Positions 26,603-34,291 of a DNA stretch of 64,000 bases are shown piece after piece. Under the pieces are notes generated by a model, which saw only the letters and a program-made list of their open reading frames with translations, did not search any database and was not told where the DNA came from. Both the position numbers and the translations under genes were made by a program. The stretch spans positions 110,548,001 through 110,612,000 of the forward strand of contig NW_024704743.1 of assembly GCF_018977255.1 (NCBI RefSeq). Reading direction: 5' to 3'. Within the stretch, counting starts at the first letter, position 1; each line of letters starts with the position of its first letter. The stretch is from Callorhinchus milii. Lineage: Eukaryota.

Positions 26603-27557
26603 CCTTGCATTTGATATAGCGCTTTTCACGTCGGGAGGACGTCCCAAAGCGCTTCACAGAACACACTGTAAAGTGAATTGACTGTATATTTGTGGGCGAA
26701 CGCGGCAGCCAATTGCGCACAGCAATGTCCCACAAACAGTCGTGGATTGAAAATGACCAATTTATTATTGTTTTTTGGTTTTGGAGGGATTATTATTAGG
26801 CTCTGTGTGGAGTAAGGAAACTTGCCCAAGGTTTCGCCCTCTGCCTGGAAAGTAAAGGGCGCAATGCGCCGCCCGAGTTCAGCTGTTGGATATCGGAATT
26901 ATTTTCGAGCGTACAAAGCCAGTGACCCGAGACGGCAGACTGAGGAAAACGAAACTGAAACCCTGAACGTTTACAAAACATAACATCCAGATCCCAGCAA
27001 AGGGCCACGTAACAGTGCACGAACAACAACGGCACAATCCTCGCGATTCGAAACGGCGCCTCGTCGCATCCCTCCAGACAAAACTATCCCTTTTAAAAAA
27101 AAACACACACACACAACGGTAATTTGGTCTCTCAGTCCGCGGGTGTTTTGCGGTTCGGACGCTGCTGCGGGCAACTGGCTGCTGGCGCTTCACCCACACA
27201 ACGTGCAGTCACTACACTTTACAGTATATCCCGTGAAGCGCTTTTGAGACGTCTCGAGGCCGTGATCAGGCGCGACAGCAGATGCAATGGCTATTATTAT
27301 TATTATTAATATTAATGCTGTTATTAACTGCTATACTTTAGTTGGAGGCTGAGTAACTGAGTCCAGGCGACACGCACTGACTGCACTGCTCTGTCCCTGC
27401 CCGGCCCCAGGGCCCGGACCGCCGGCCACAGCCTCTACTGCCACCCGGGGATCACAGCCCGAGCCCGGGCACAGCCCCCAACCGACAACCCCGGCCCGGC
27501 CCTGCTCACCTCCCTCAGGCTGCTCTCCAGCCCAACCGCAGCCGCGGCCGCTGTCAT
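567..27557 (-). CDS. Spliced gene (22 coding exons, ~880 aa): RNF31/HOIP-like RBR E3 ubiquitin ligase with N-terminal UEV and RRM-like domains
   Basis: Exons joined manually with GT-AG sites and consistent phase: 27510-27557, 22800-22890, 22561-22626, 21632-21792, 20956-21067, 19934-20006, 18975-19024, 18532-18684, 15783-15890, 13975-14247, 13443-13612, 13134-13331, 11515-11697, 11265-11363, 10287-10376, 10085-10199, 7499-7617, 5025-5138, 4347-4401, 1539-1635, 1167-1335, 567-665. The C-terminal half aligns by eye with HOIP (GGCIHF, HHPRNC..LRDW, HYKQYLV..LDP). Linker exons and the last exon are less certain. Confidence 0.85.
747..865 (+). mobile_element. CR1 3' UTR fragment
   Basis: gggccgaatggcctccttctgt...attctatgattctat. 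Confidence 0.8.
880..1075 (-). mobile_element. Old DeuSINE-like (SacSINE1/AmnSINE1-type) fragment
   Basis: ccatgggat...gcactgcactggagt...cttgaacccataacctctgactcaga resembles the Deu-SINE consensus as recalled. Confidence 0.55.
1167..1335 (-). CDS. Exon 21, LDD ([22 protein letters not shown]...FIQRLRK)
   Basis: tttcag/gtaagt; matches HOIP HYKEYLVSLINAHSLDPATLY. Confidence 0.93.
1539..1635 (-). CDS. Exon 20, LDD ([31 protein letters not shown])
   Basis: ctttag/gtaagt; matches HOIP CRVIEQKE...LRDEACG...YAGLC. Confidence 0.93.
2248..4068 (+). mobile_element. CR1 LINE, 5'-truncated (RT and 3' end), interrupted by a SINE
   Basis: [34 protein letters not shown] and FADD motifs; (ATTCTATG)2 tail at 4053-4068. 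Confidence 0.95.
2570..2880 (+). mobile_element. tRNA-derived SINE inserted in the CR1 RT region
   Basis: tRNA-like head, shared body, (ATT)n tail; the CR1 frame resumes afterwards (YMDIQKAFD). Confidence 0.92.
4347..4401 (-). CDS. Exon 19, LDD ([18 protein letters not shown])
   Basis: atctag/gtaata; phase 0-1 bridges exons 18 and 20; position equivalent to HOIP DNNVMFNTEPP. Confidence 0.75.
5025..5138 (-). CDS. Exon 18, RING2 zinc insert and LDD start ([27 protein letters not shown])
   Basis: acatag/gtgagt; matches HOIP LHGHHPRDCLFYLRDW. Confidence 0.95.
5515..6092 (+). mobile_element. CR1 3' fragment
   Basis: Closely similar to 3500-4068; ATTCTATG tail. Confidence 0.92.
6460..7080. repeat. 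Compound (CA)n/(GA)n minisatellite, unit ~CACACACTCAGAGACCAGAGAGAGA
   Basis: Tandem units read directly; source of the spurious RETHT ORFs. Confidence 0.95.
7499..7617 (-). CDS. Exon 17, RING2/Rcat with catalytic Cys-x-His ([32 protein letters not shown])
   Basis: atttag/gtaagt; GGC-x-H equivalent to HOIP Cys885/His887. Confidence 0.95.
7850..9990 (-). mobile_element. L2-clade LINE fragment (endonuclease and partial RT), degenerate
   Basis: [15 protein letters not shown]...[22 protein letters not shown] and TTCCLDP motifs with frameshifts. Confidence 0.85.
10085..10199 (-). CDS. Exon 16, IBR end ([38 protein letters not shown])
   Basis: cttcag/gtaact; matches HOIP WEEQH.G.SCEDF..WK..NDPEYQAQGL. 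Confidence 0.93.
10287..10376 (-). CDS. Exon 15, IBR ([30 protein letters not shown])
   Basis: tctcag/gtgagt; IBR Cys pattern. Confidence 0.92.
11265..11363 (-). CDS. Exon 14, RING1-IBR linker ([33 protein letters not shown])
   Basis: caacag/gtaagg; LFQRKL...PNFRWC typical of RBR/HOIP. Confidence 0.92.
11515..11697 (-). CDS. Exon 13, RING1 ([12 protein letters not shown]...VCPMC)
   Basis: ttatag/gttaga; Cys spacing of HOIP RING1. Confidence 0.92.
12290..12575 (+). mobile_element. L2 3' end fragment
   Basis: [10 protein letters not shown] motif; gttgttgtt tail. Confidence 0.7.
13134..13331 (-). CDS. Exon 12, UBA-like segment and start of RING1 ([30 protein letters not shown])
   Basis: tcacag/gtaaag; resembles the HOIP pre-RING1 segment LEDVVEAV...LAQECAVC. 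Confidence 0.9.
13443..13612 (-). CDS. Exon 11, end of RRM-like domain ([26 protein letters not shown]...)
   Basis: cttcag/gtaagt; VAERV...H.I...L.P continues the RRM-like fold. Confidence 0.85.
13975..14247 (-). CDS. Exon 10, RRM-like domain of PARP14/NMI/IFI35/RBM43 type
   Basis: [56 protein letters not shown] carries the DKLxIHFQ..NGGGE...AxITF signature; ttgaag/gtacac sites. Confidence 0.85.
14340..14780 (-). mobile_element. L2 3' end fragment
   Basis: [14 protein letters not shown]...AFSHHAPKL; (CAA)n tail on + strand. Confidence 0.75.
15783..15890 (-). CDS. Exon 9, linker ([35 protein letters not shown])
   Basis: gtgcag/gtaaca; 108 nt, phase 1-1. Confidence 0.7.
16190..17980 (-). mobile_element. 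L2 LINE fragment(s)
   Basis: [19 protein letters not shown] and [12 protein letters not shown] motifs. Confidence 0.8.
18532..18684 (-). CDS. Exon 8, linker ([35 protein letters not shown]...)
   Basis: ttttcag/gtacat; 153 nt open, phase 1-1. Confidence 0.65.
18975..19024 (-). CDS. Exon 7, linker ([16 protein letters not shown])
   Basis: Strong polypyrimidine acceptor tctctttctctttgccgttgcag, gtatct donor; phase 2-1 bridges exons 6 and 8. An alternative micro-exon at 19125-19144 is possible. Confidence 0.5.
19934..20006 (-). CDS. Exon 6, linker ([23 protein letters not shown])
   Basis: ttacag/gtgaat; open in phase 1-2. Confidence 0.65.
20956..21067 (-). CDS. Exon 5, end of UEV ([22 protein letters not shown]...)
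   Basis: ctttag/gtaaag; aligns with TSG101 SDLLGLIQVMIVVFGDEPP. Confidence 0.88.
21632..21792 (-). CDS. Exon 4, UEV domain ([24 protein letters not shown]...[18 protein letters not shown])
   Basis: ttttag/gtaagg; aligns with TSG101 IPICLWLLDTYPYNPPICFV...HVDANGKIYLPYLHEWK. Confidence 0.9.
22561..22626 (-). CDS. Exon 3, UEV domain ([21 protein letters not shown])
   Basis: tttcag/gtaaga; LxGTIPV motif as in TSG101/UEVLD; 66 nt, phase 1-1. Confidence 0.9.
22800..22890 (-). CDS. Exon 2, UEV domain ([30 protein letters not shown])
   Basis: tttgtag acceptor, gtaagt donor; similar to TSG101 YKYRDLTVRETVNVITLYKDL. Confidence 0.85.
23915..24240 (+). mobile_element. tRNA-derived SINE (long subtype)
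   Basis: Body and tail shared with other copies; internal gtaagtaggaacccgg segment. Confidence 0.85.
24880..25180 (-). mobile_element. tRNA-derived SINE
   Basis: Full head, body and tail. Confidence 0.88.
26572..26850 (-). mobile_element. tRNA-derived SINE, 5'-truncated
   Basis: (TAA)n tail; body near-identical to 33167-33476. Confidence 0.9.
26945..26961. promoter_or_regulatory. Tandem ISRE / IRF-binding element in intron 1
   Basis: GAAAACGAAACTGAAAC is three GAAA cores at 6-nt spacing; the reverse strand contains AGTTTCGTTTTCC, matching the ISRE consensus AGTTTCNNTTTCY; lies in CpG-rich DNA near exon 1. Confidence 0.6.
27510..27557 (-). CDS. Exon 1 ([16 protein letters not shown])
   Basis: ATG in CpG-rich context; GAG|gtgagc donor; phase 0 matches exon 2 and resembles the short first exon of TSG101. 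Confidence 0.7.
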
Positions 27558-27589
27558 GATCGCCTCCAACCCGTACCGACTCCCAGGAG

Positions 27590-29385
27590 AGGCCTCACCC
27601 ATAGCTCCGGCCCAGCCCCGCCCACAGCTCCGGCCCCGCCCACAGCCTCGGCCCCGCCCACAGCTCCGGCCCCGCCCACAGCCCCGGCCACGCCCACAGC
27701 CCCGGCCCAGCCCCGCCCACAGCCCAGCCCCGCCCACAGCCCCGGCCCAGCCCCGCCCACAGCCCCGGCCCCGCCCCGCCCACAGCCCCGGCCCAGCCCC
27801 GCCCACAGCCCCGGCCCAGCCCCGCCCACAGCCCCGGCCCAGCCCCGCCCACAGCCCCGGCCTCACCCATAGCCCCGCCCACAGCCCCGGCCACAGCCCA
27901 TAGCCCCGGCCCAGCCCCGCCCACAGCCCCGGCCTCACCCATAGCCCCGCCACAGCCCCGCCCAGCCCATAGCCCCGCCCAGCCCCGGCCCCCCCCCACC
28001 CACAGCCCCACCCCGCCCCGCCCACAGCCCCGGCCAGCCCCGCCCACAGCCCCGGCCCACCCCGCCCCCCCCCCCAGCCCCGCCCACAGCCCCCGCCCAC
28101 CCAGCCCCGCCCACAGCCCCGGCCCAGCCCATAGCCCGGCCCAGCCCCGCCCACAGCCCCGGCCTCACCCATAGCCCCGCCCACAGCCCCGGCCCAGCCC
28201 ATAGCCCCGGCCCAGCCCCGGCCCCCGCCCCACCCACAGCCCCGACCCCGCCCCGCCCACAGCCCCGGCTCAGCCCCGCCCACAGCCCCGGCCCAGCCCC
28301 GCCCACAGCCCGGCCCAGCCCCGCCCACAGCCCCGGCCCACCCAAGCCCCGCCCACAGCCCCGGCCCAGCCCCGCCCACAGCCCCGGCCCCGCCCGCCCA
28401 CAGCCCCGGCCCAGCCCCGCCCACAGCCCCGGCCCAGCCCCGCCCACAGCCCCGGCCCAGCCCCGCCCACAGCCCCGGCCCACCCATAGCCCCGGCCCAG
28501 CCCATAGCCCCGGCCCAGCCCCGCCCACAGCCCCGGCCTCACCCATAGCCCCGCCCACAGCCCCGGCCCAGCCCCCGCCCACAGCCCCGGCCCAGCCCAT
28601 AGCCCCGCCCAGCCCCGCCCACAGCCCCGGCCCCCCCACAGCCCCGACCCCGCCCACAGCCCCGCCCACAGCCCCGGCCCCGCCCACAGCCCCGGCCCAG
28701 CCCCCGCCCACAGCCCCGGCCCAGCCCCGCCCACAGCCCCGGCCCAGCCCCGCCCACAGCCCCGGCCCAGCCCCGCCCACAGCCCCGGCCCCCCACAGCC
28801 CCGACCCCCCCACAGCCCCGGCCCAGCCCCGCCCACAGCCCCGGCCCCACCCACAGCCCCGACCCCGCCCACAGCCCCGCCCACAGCCCCGGCCCCGCCC
28901 ACAGCCCCGGCCCCGCCCCGCCCACAGCCCCGGCCCAGCCCCGCCCACAGCCCCGGCCCCACCCACAGCCCCGACCCCGCCCACAGCCCCGCCCACAGCC
29001 CCGGCCCCGCCCACAGCCCCGGCCCAGCCCCGCCCACAGCCCTGGCTCAGCCCCGGCCCAGCCCCCGCCCACAGCCCCGGCTCAGCCCCGGCCCCGCCCA
29101 CAGCCCCGGCCCAGCCCCCGCCCACAGCCCCGGCCCCGCCCACAGCCCCGGCCCAGCCCCCGCCCACAGCCCCGGCTCAGCCCCGGCCCCACCCACAGCC
29201 CCGACCCCGCCCACAGCCCCGGCTCAGCCCCGCCCACAGCCCCGCCCACAGCCCCGCCCACAGCCCCGCCCACAGCCCGGCCCAGCCCCGCCCACAGCCC
29301 CGGCCCCGCCCACAGCCCCGCCTCAGCCCCGCCCACAGCCCCGGCTCAGCCCCGCCCACAGCCCCGGCTCAGCCCCGCCCACAGC
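27590..29385. repeat. GC-rich minisatellite, ~12-23 bp variant units (AGCCCCGCCCACAGCCCCGGCCC)
   Basis: About 1.8 kb of tandem variant units read directly. Confidence 0.97.
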
Positions 29386-29494
29386 TGCAGGATAGCGCCC
29401 CAGAGCGCTCGGCAGAGCGGAGCGGGACACCCAGCCGGGGGGCGGGGACTGTAAACGGGGCCGAAGTGGAAGGCCTGCGAGCGCGACCTGAAGA

Positions 29495-29860
29495 TAATAA
29501 TCATAATAATCCTTGTATTTGATACAGCGCCTGATCACGTCTTCGAGACATCTCGAAGCGCTTCACAGGATACACTGATAAGTGCATTGACTGCATATTT
29601 GTGGGCGAAACACGGCAGCCAATTGCGCACAGCGACGTCCCACAAACAGTCGTGGATTGAAGTGACCAATTTATTATTTTTTTTGAAGGAATTATTACCC
29701 CCAGAAAAGTGATCCGCCAATCAACCAACAACCAGGTTCCTATTTGCTCCAGGTAAACAGAGGCGTGTGGAGTAAGGAAATTTACCCAAAGTTTTGCTCT
29801 GCTGGGAATCAAACCCAGATCTCCTGCTCGCGAGGCCAGCGCTCTAACCACTGAGCTACA
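29495..29860 (-). mobile_element. tRNA-derived SINE (long subtype)
   Basis: Head, body and tail present. Confidence 0.88.
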
Positions 29861-29864
29861 GCAC

Positions 29865-31385
29865 TCCACATGGAGAAGGGTGGAGGGGTAGATTATTCCA
29901 GAGTATCGGGGAGTAGGGGCTGAAAGTGCAGCCAATGGTGGGGGGACGGAGGGCACGAGGGACGTGCGGGAGGCCTGAGTCAGTCGAGTGGAGGCAGAGG
30001 GCTGTGGGTTGGGGGGTAAGCAAGTCGGAGAGGTAGGGAAATGTTAGGGCACGAAGGGACATGAAAACGAGTGTGAGGAACTTGAAATCAATCCATCCGG
30101 CGATAGGGCGCCAATGGAGCCTGGCGAGAACTGATGTGATGTGGGTATGGAGTTTAGTGCGAGTGAGTATGCGGGAGGCACAGTTTGGGATTAGCTGGAT
30201 TGAGCTGGGGAGACTGGCAAAGAGGGCATTTGAGAAGTCGAGTTGGGAGATGAGGAACCCATGTTTCGGATGCGTCTGGGGTACAGTTGGAGGTGGGCAA
30301 TGTGGTGGAGGTGGAGGAAGGTGGTCCTGGTCAGGAACCGGATGTGGTGAAGGAAGGACAACTGTGGGTCGAACCTGACCGCTAGGTCGCGCACCGGTTC
30401 AGTGAGTCTGAGGGATTAGCCGGGGAGGTTGAGGAGGTCAGAGCCACAGGACAGAATACATTGATGGGAGCCAAGGAGTATGGCTTCTGTCTTGTCAATA
30501 GGTTTGCGCTCATTTAGGCCCTGATGTCTGCCAGAAAAGTTCAGGAACATCGACAGACCTGGAGTCGCAGCTGGAGGAGGAGAAGTAGATTTGTGTGTCA
30601 GTCGCATACTTGTGGAAGTTTACCCGTGTCTGCGGATGACATCGCCCATAGGGAGCATATAAATGAAGAAGAGGAGGGAACCAAGGATGAAGCCCTCGGG
30701 TTCGCCACAAGTAAGCAAGCGGGGGTGGGAGAAGAAACCATTTGAAGAGACAGAATGAAGGTAGTTTATTAGGTTGGACTCAAACCAGGATAGGGCGGTC
30801 CCCCAAGGTGAATGAGTATGGCGTCGTCAACTGTGTCGAATGTGACAGAGAGGTCCAGGAGGATGAGGAGGCAGAGGGAGCCCTGGTCACACAGAGAATG
30901 GCGTCGTTTGTGATCTTGACAAGCGCCGTCTCTGTGCTATGGACAGATTGGAGGTGCTCCCAGGAGCAAGTGGAGGGAGAGGTGAGAGCAAAGCTGGTTA
31001 GCGACAACGCGTTCCAGAACTTTTTCAAGGATGGGCAGGTTAGAAATGGGACGGTAATTTGTAAAGTTGGAGGGGTTAATGGCGTTTTTTTTGAGGAAGG
31101 GAAAGATGACAGCGGTTTTAAGGGGGAGAGGAACAGAACCCGAGGAGAGCAACTGGTTGATGGTGTCAGCCAGCAGCAAGGAGAAGAAGGGGAGTTGGGT
31201 GACCAGCAACTGGGTGGGGAGCAGGTGGTGGGCCTCATCTGGGAAATGGGGGTTGAGAGGCAAGGGGAATAACCTCTTCACACTTCGTGTTGGAAGTAAG
31301 GATGGAGGCAGGTTGGTGGGGTGAGCAGAGGAGGTGATGGATGATGGAGAACAGTGACTTGGGTTGTTTTTGGCCTCCAAAATGG
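29865..31385 (-). mobile_element. L2 LINE fragment (RT and 3' part)
   Basis: [32 protein letters not shown] and YATDTQIY motifs. Confidence 0.88.
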
Positions 31386-31419
31386 AGTAAAAGTCCTGTA
31401 AAAGTCCTGTAATAGACCT

Positions 31420-31665
31420 GGAGTCCTGTAACTCAGAGGTTAGAGCACTCGGCTCGCAGGCAAGAGACCTGGGTTAGAATCCCGGTAGGGCGAAACCTTG
31501 GGCAAGTTTCCTTACTCCACATACCTGATAATAATCCCTCAAGAAGAAGAACAATAATAAATTGGTCACTTCAATCCACGACTGTTTGTAGGACACTGCT
31601 GTGTGCGATTGGCTGCCCGCATTTCGCCCACAAATATACGGTCAATTCACTTTGAGACGTCTAGA
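31420..31665 (+). mobile_element. tRNA-derived SINE, 3'-truncated
   Basis: ggagtcctgtaactcag head and body. Confidence 0.85.
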
Positions 31666-31989
31666 AGTCTAACTAACTCACTCATTGGTTTTATATTCCA
31701 TTCAGTTCATTTTACAACCTTCACAATGGCTTCTTGTGTTATCCAGCTCTTTTTCAGAATTCCGATAAATATTTTGAGGTACAATACAGTTTTATTATGT
31801 AACAAAATGTGGTGTGGTGTGGGTATCAAATTAAAATATTCTTTTCTAAAATTGATACGGTAACTCGTTTTAAAAGATATATGTCTGATTTAATTGTTAT
31901 TTCATTTTTAGCCGCTTGGTGTCAGTAGAAGGCCATGGGATCCGCACGCCCTTGGATTCTTTGTACAATGCTGGGATTATACATAAATT

Positions 31990-32775
31990 AATACAATACA
32001 ATTTACACTTGTATACCCCCCTTCACATTGGGCGGACGTCCCAAGGTGCTGGACAGTCAGGGATTTGGACCAGAGCTGGGGGTCAAGATCGGGGAGGGTG
32101 GAGGGCAGAGAGGGTGGTCGAAGGCTCGGTCAAAGAGGTTGGTGTTGAGACGCGCCTTGAAGGAGGCAAGGGAGGGAGTGAGGCGAAGGGAATGTGGGAT
32201 GGAGTTCCACAGGGTGGGGGCAGAAAGGCTGAAGGCCCAACCGCCGATGGTGGTGCGGACCGGGCAGGTGATGTGGAGCAGGACAGAGCTGCTGAGCGGA
32301 GGTAGCAGACGGGTTGATATGGGCTCAGCAGGTCGCAGAAGTAGGGAGGGTCAAAGCTACAGAGGGCCTTCAAGGCGAGGATGAGGATTTTGAACTCTAC
32401 CCTCTGTGAGATGGGGAGCCAGTGGAGCCGGCGAGAGTGGGGGTGATGGGGTCACAGAGCCTGGTGCGGGAGAAGACACGAGCTGCTAATTCTGGATGAT
32501 CTGCAGCTTGTGGAGGGAAAAGTTGGGGAGGCCGACAAGCAGGGAGCTATTGTAGTCGAGCTTAGATGTGATGTATTCGTGGATGAGGATTTCAGCGGCC
32601 TCAGGGGTGAGGCAGTGGCGGAGCCAGGCGATGCTGCTGAAGTGGGGGAAGGCAGAGTGTGTCATGGCACGGACGTGGGGTAGAAAGGATAGTTGAGGGT
32701 CAAACAAGACCCCAAGGTTCCAGACTGCCTCAGTGAGGTGGAGTGTGCATCCTTGGATGGTGATGCTGTTAGTGC
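31990..32775 (-). mobile_element. L2 3' fragment
   Basis: FDPQLSFLPHV...ITSKLDYNSSLL...KLQIIQN. Confidence 0.85.
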
Positions 32776-33166
32776 ATTGGTTTTTAAAATTGCTTCTTCT
32801 CCCTGATCCTGCTCAAACTTTAGCTATATTTTATCAATCTTTTTGGTATCTTTTTATAATAAGCTTCTTAACTTTTTTTTAACCGGAAGAAACATGTCTG
32901 AGCTCCCGGTATCTGCTAAACAACAACAAATTGCATTTATATAGCGCCTTTCACACTAGGAGACCATCTCCATCTAGTGAGGGCTCAAACCTGTGCTATC
33001 GGATGTCAAATGACTAAATAGTGACTTTCCTCCTCAATTCCTGAGCCAGGCATGTCTGTAGTATTACAGGGTAAGTGGATACCTAGGTGAACTATGAGTT
33101 TCTTCCTGTGAGAAAATGTTTTATCTTCTACCTTGTGATTTTCCCTAATTAAATTGGTTAAATTGT

Positions 33167-33476
33167 GGAGTCCTGTAGCTCAGTGGTTAGAGCACTCGCT
33201 TTGCAAGCGAGAGACCTGAGTTCAATTCCAGGCAGAGGGCGAAACCTTGGGCAAGTTTCCTTACTCCACACAGAGCCTAATAATAAACCAAACAATAATA
33301 AATTGGTCATTTTCAATCTACGACTGTTTGTGGGACATTGCTGTGCGCAATTGGCTGCCGCGTTCGTCCGCAAATATACAGTCAATTCACTTTACAGTGT
33401 GTTCTGTGAAGCGCTTTGGGACGTCCTCCCAACGTGAAAAGCGCTATATCAAATGCAAGGATTATTATTATTATTA
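33167..33476 (+). mobile_element. Full-length young tRNA(Ala)-derived SINE (short subtype)
   Basis: GGAGTCCTGTAGCTCAGTGGTTAGAGCA (A box), TGC anticodon loop, GAGTTCAATTCC (B box), body, (ATT)n tail. Confidence 0.95.
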
Positions 33477-33666
33477 TTTTGATATGAAGTTTTATTTTAA
33501 GCACAATATCGAAAGTAATTTCCCTCTTCACCAAGGTATAATAACAATCAACAGTTAAAAAAAATATATATTTTAATTCTGGAGCTCAAGTGAAAGACTG
33601 AAAAGAGTGGAAGAGAACATGAACAAGGCAAGACAAAGTGTTTTGTTGAATGCCAAGTTTGGGTTT
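33477..33666 (+). repeat. 190-bp inverted copy of intronic sequence 4723-4912
   Basis: Reverse-complement match with 2 mismatches by eye. Confidence 0.92.
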
Positions 33667-34200
33667 GCTACATTCTTGAGATGGTCACTAGAAAATGAGG
33701 CAAGGTGTCCTGGGGTAATTGGCATGTTGAGTTCCTCCCGCCCATTGGGGAAACACTTGACTCAAACCATGAGTTTGTTGACTGATGTTACTTCCAGCTT
33801 TCTACACTTTCAGCAAAGCTGTTAGCAGCGACCTAATGACCCAGAAATCAGCCGATTTTTTGTGAAAAGATTGCTGGCACGTGAGAAGCGAGTAGGTCAG
33901 CTGGAAACTGCACAGTTCGTAGGGTCCAGAGTAACCAAACCAGACTGAGAGTTCCATGCATTCCCACCTACACATGGAAATTTCCGTGTATTGGATTGGA
34001 ATGGAATTCTTGACAAGGGATGCAAGTTTTGCAGTTCGATAACTGGAAGCATTTCAAACCAATGGAATTAACAACTGTGTTACAATGGAATTTGGGCTAT
34101 AATGAAGCATGTTATGATGGAGCAACACTGTATTTTGAACGACAGTATAAAAGGAAAGAACGAAAGTCACGTGGAAGAGAAGAGCAGAACTTCTTCAAGA

Positions 34201-34291
34201 TAGGTATTCCTAGAAGAGAAGTGGCTGTGAATTAAATATTAAAAATATTTTTATATTTAAGTCACTGCCACTTCTCTTCTAGGAATGCCTA
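34201..34291. repeat. 91-bp near-perfect palindrome
   Basis: 39-bp arms with 3 mismatches around an AT-rich self-complementary centre. Confidence 0.9.

Larger units (their letters stand above)
26850..29490. promoter_or_regulatory. CpG island / promoter region of the RNF31-like gene
   Basis: High GC and CpG density around exon 1, many CCCCGCCC (Sp/KLF) boxes. Confidence 0.6.

Noticed and set aside
567..27557. Labelling the gene as canonical RNF31 or TSG101
   Set aside because: No PUB/NZF domains of RNF31 and no coiled-coil/steadiness box of TSG101, so the symbol is left blank
27554..29359. Many long Gly/Ala/Pro-rich ORFs as independent genes
   Set aside because: Stop-poor GC minisatellite open in several frames at once
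29386..29500. Upstream exon or divergent gene start
   Set aside because: The acceptor-like ttcag comes from the adjacent SINE tail, and I found no downstream + strand exons in 30-64 kb
33167..33240. tRNA-Ala gene
   Set aside because: The tRNA-like head lacks a proper acceptor stem and continues into the SINE body; many copies in the window
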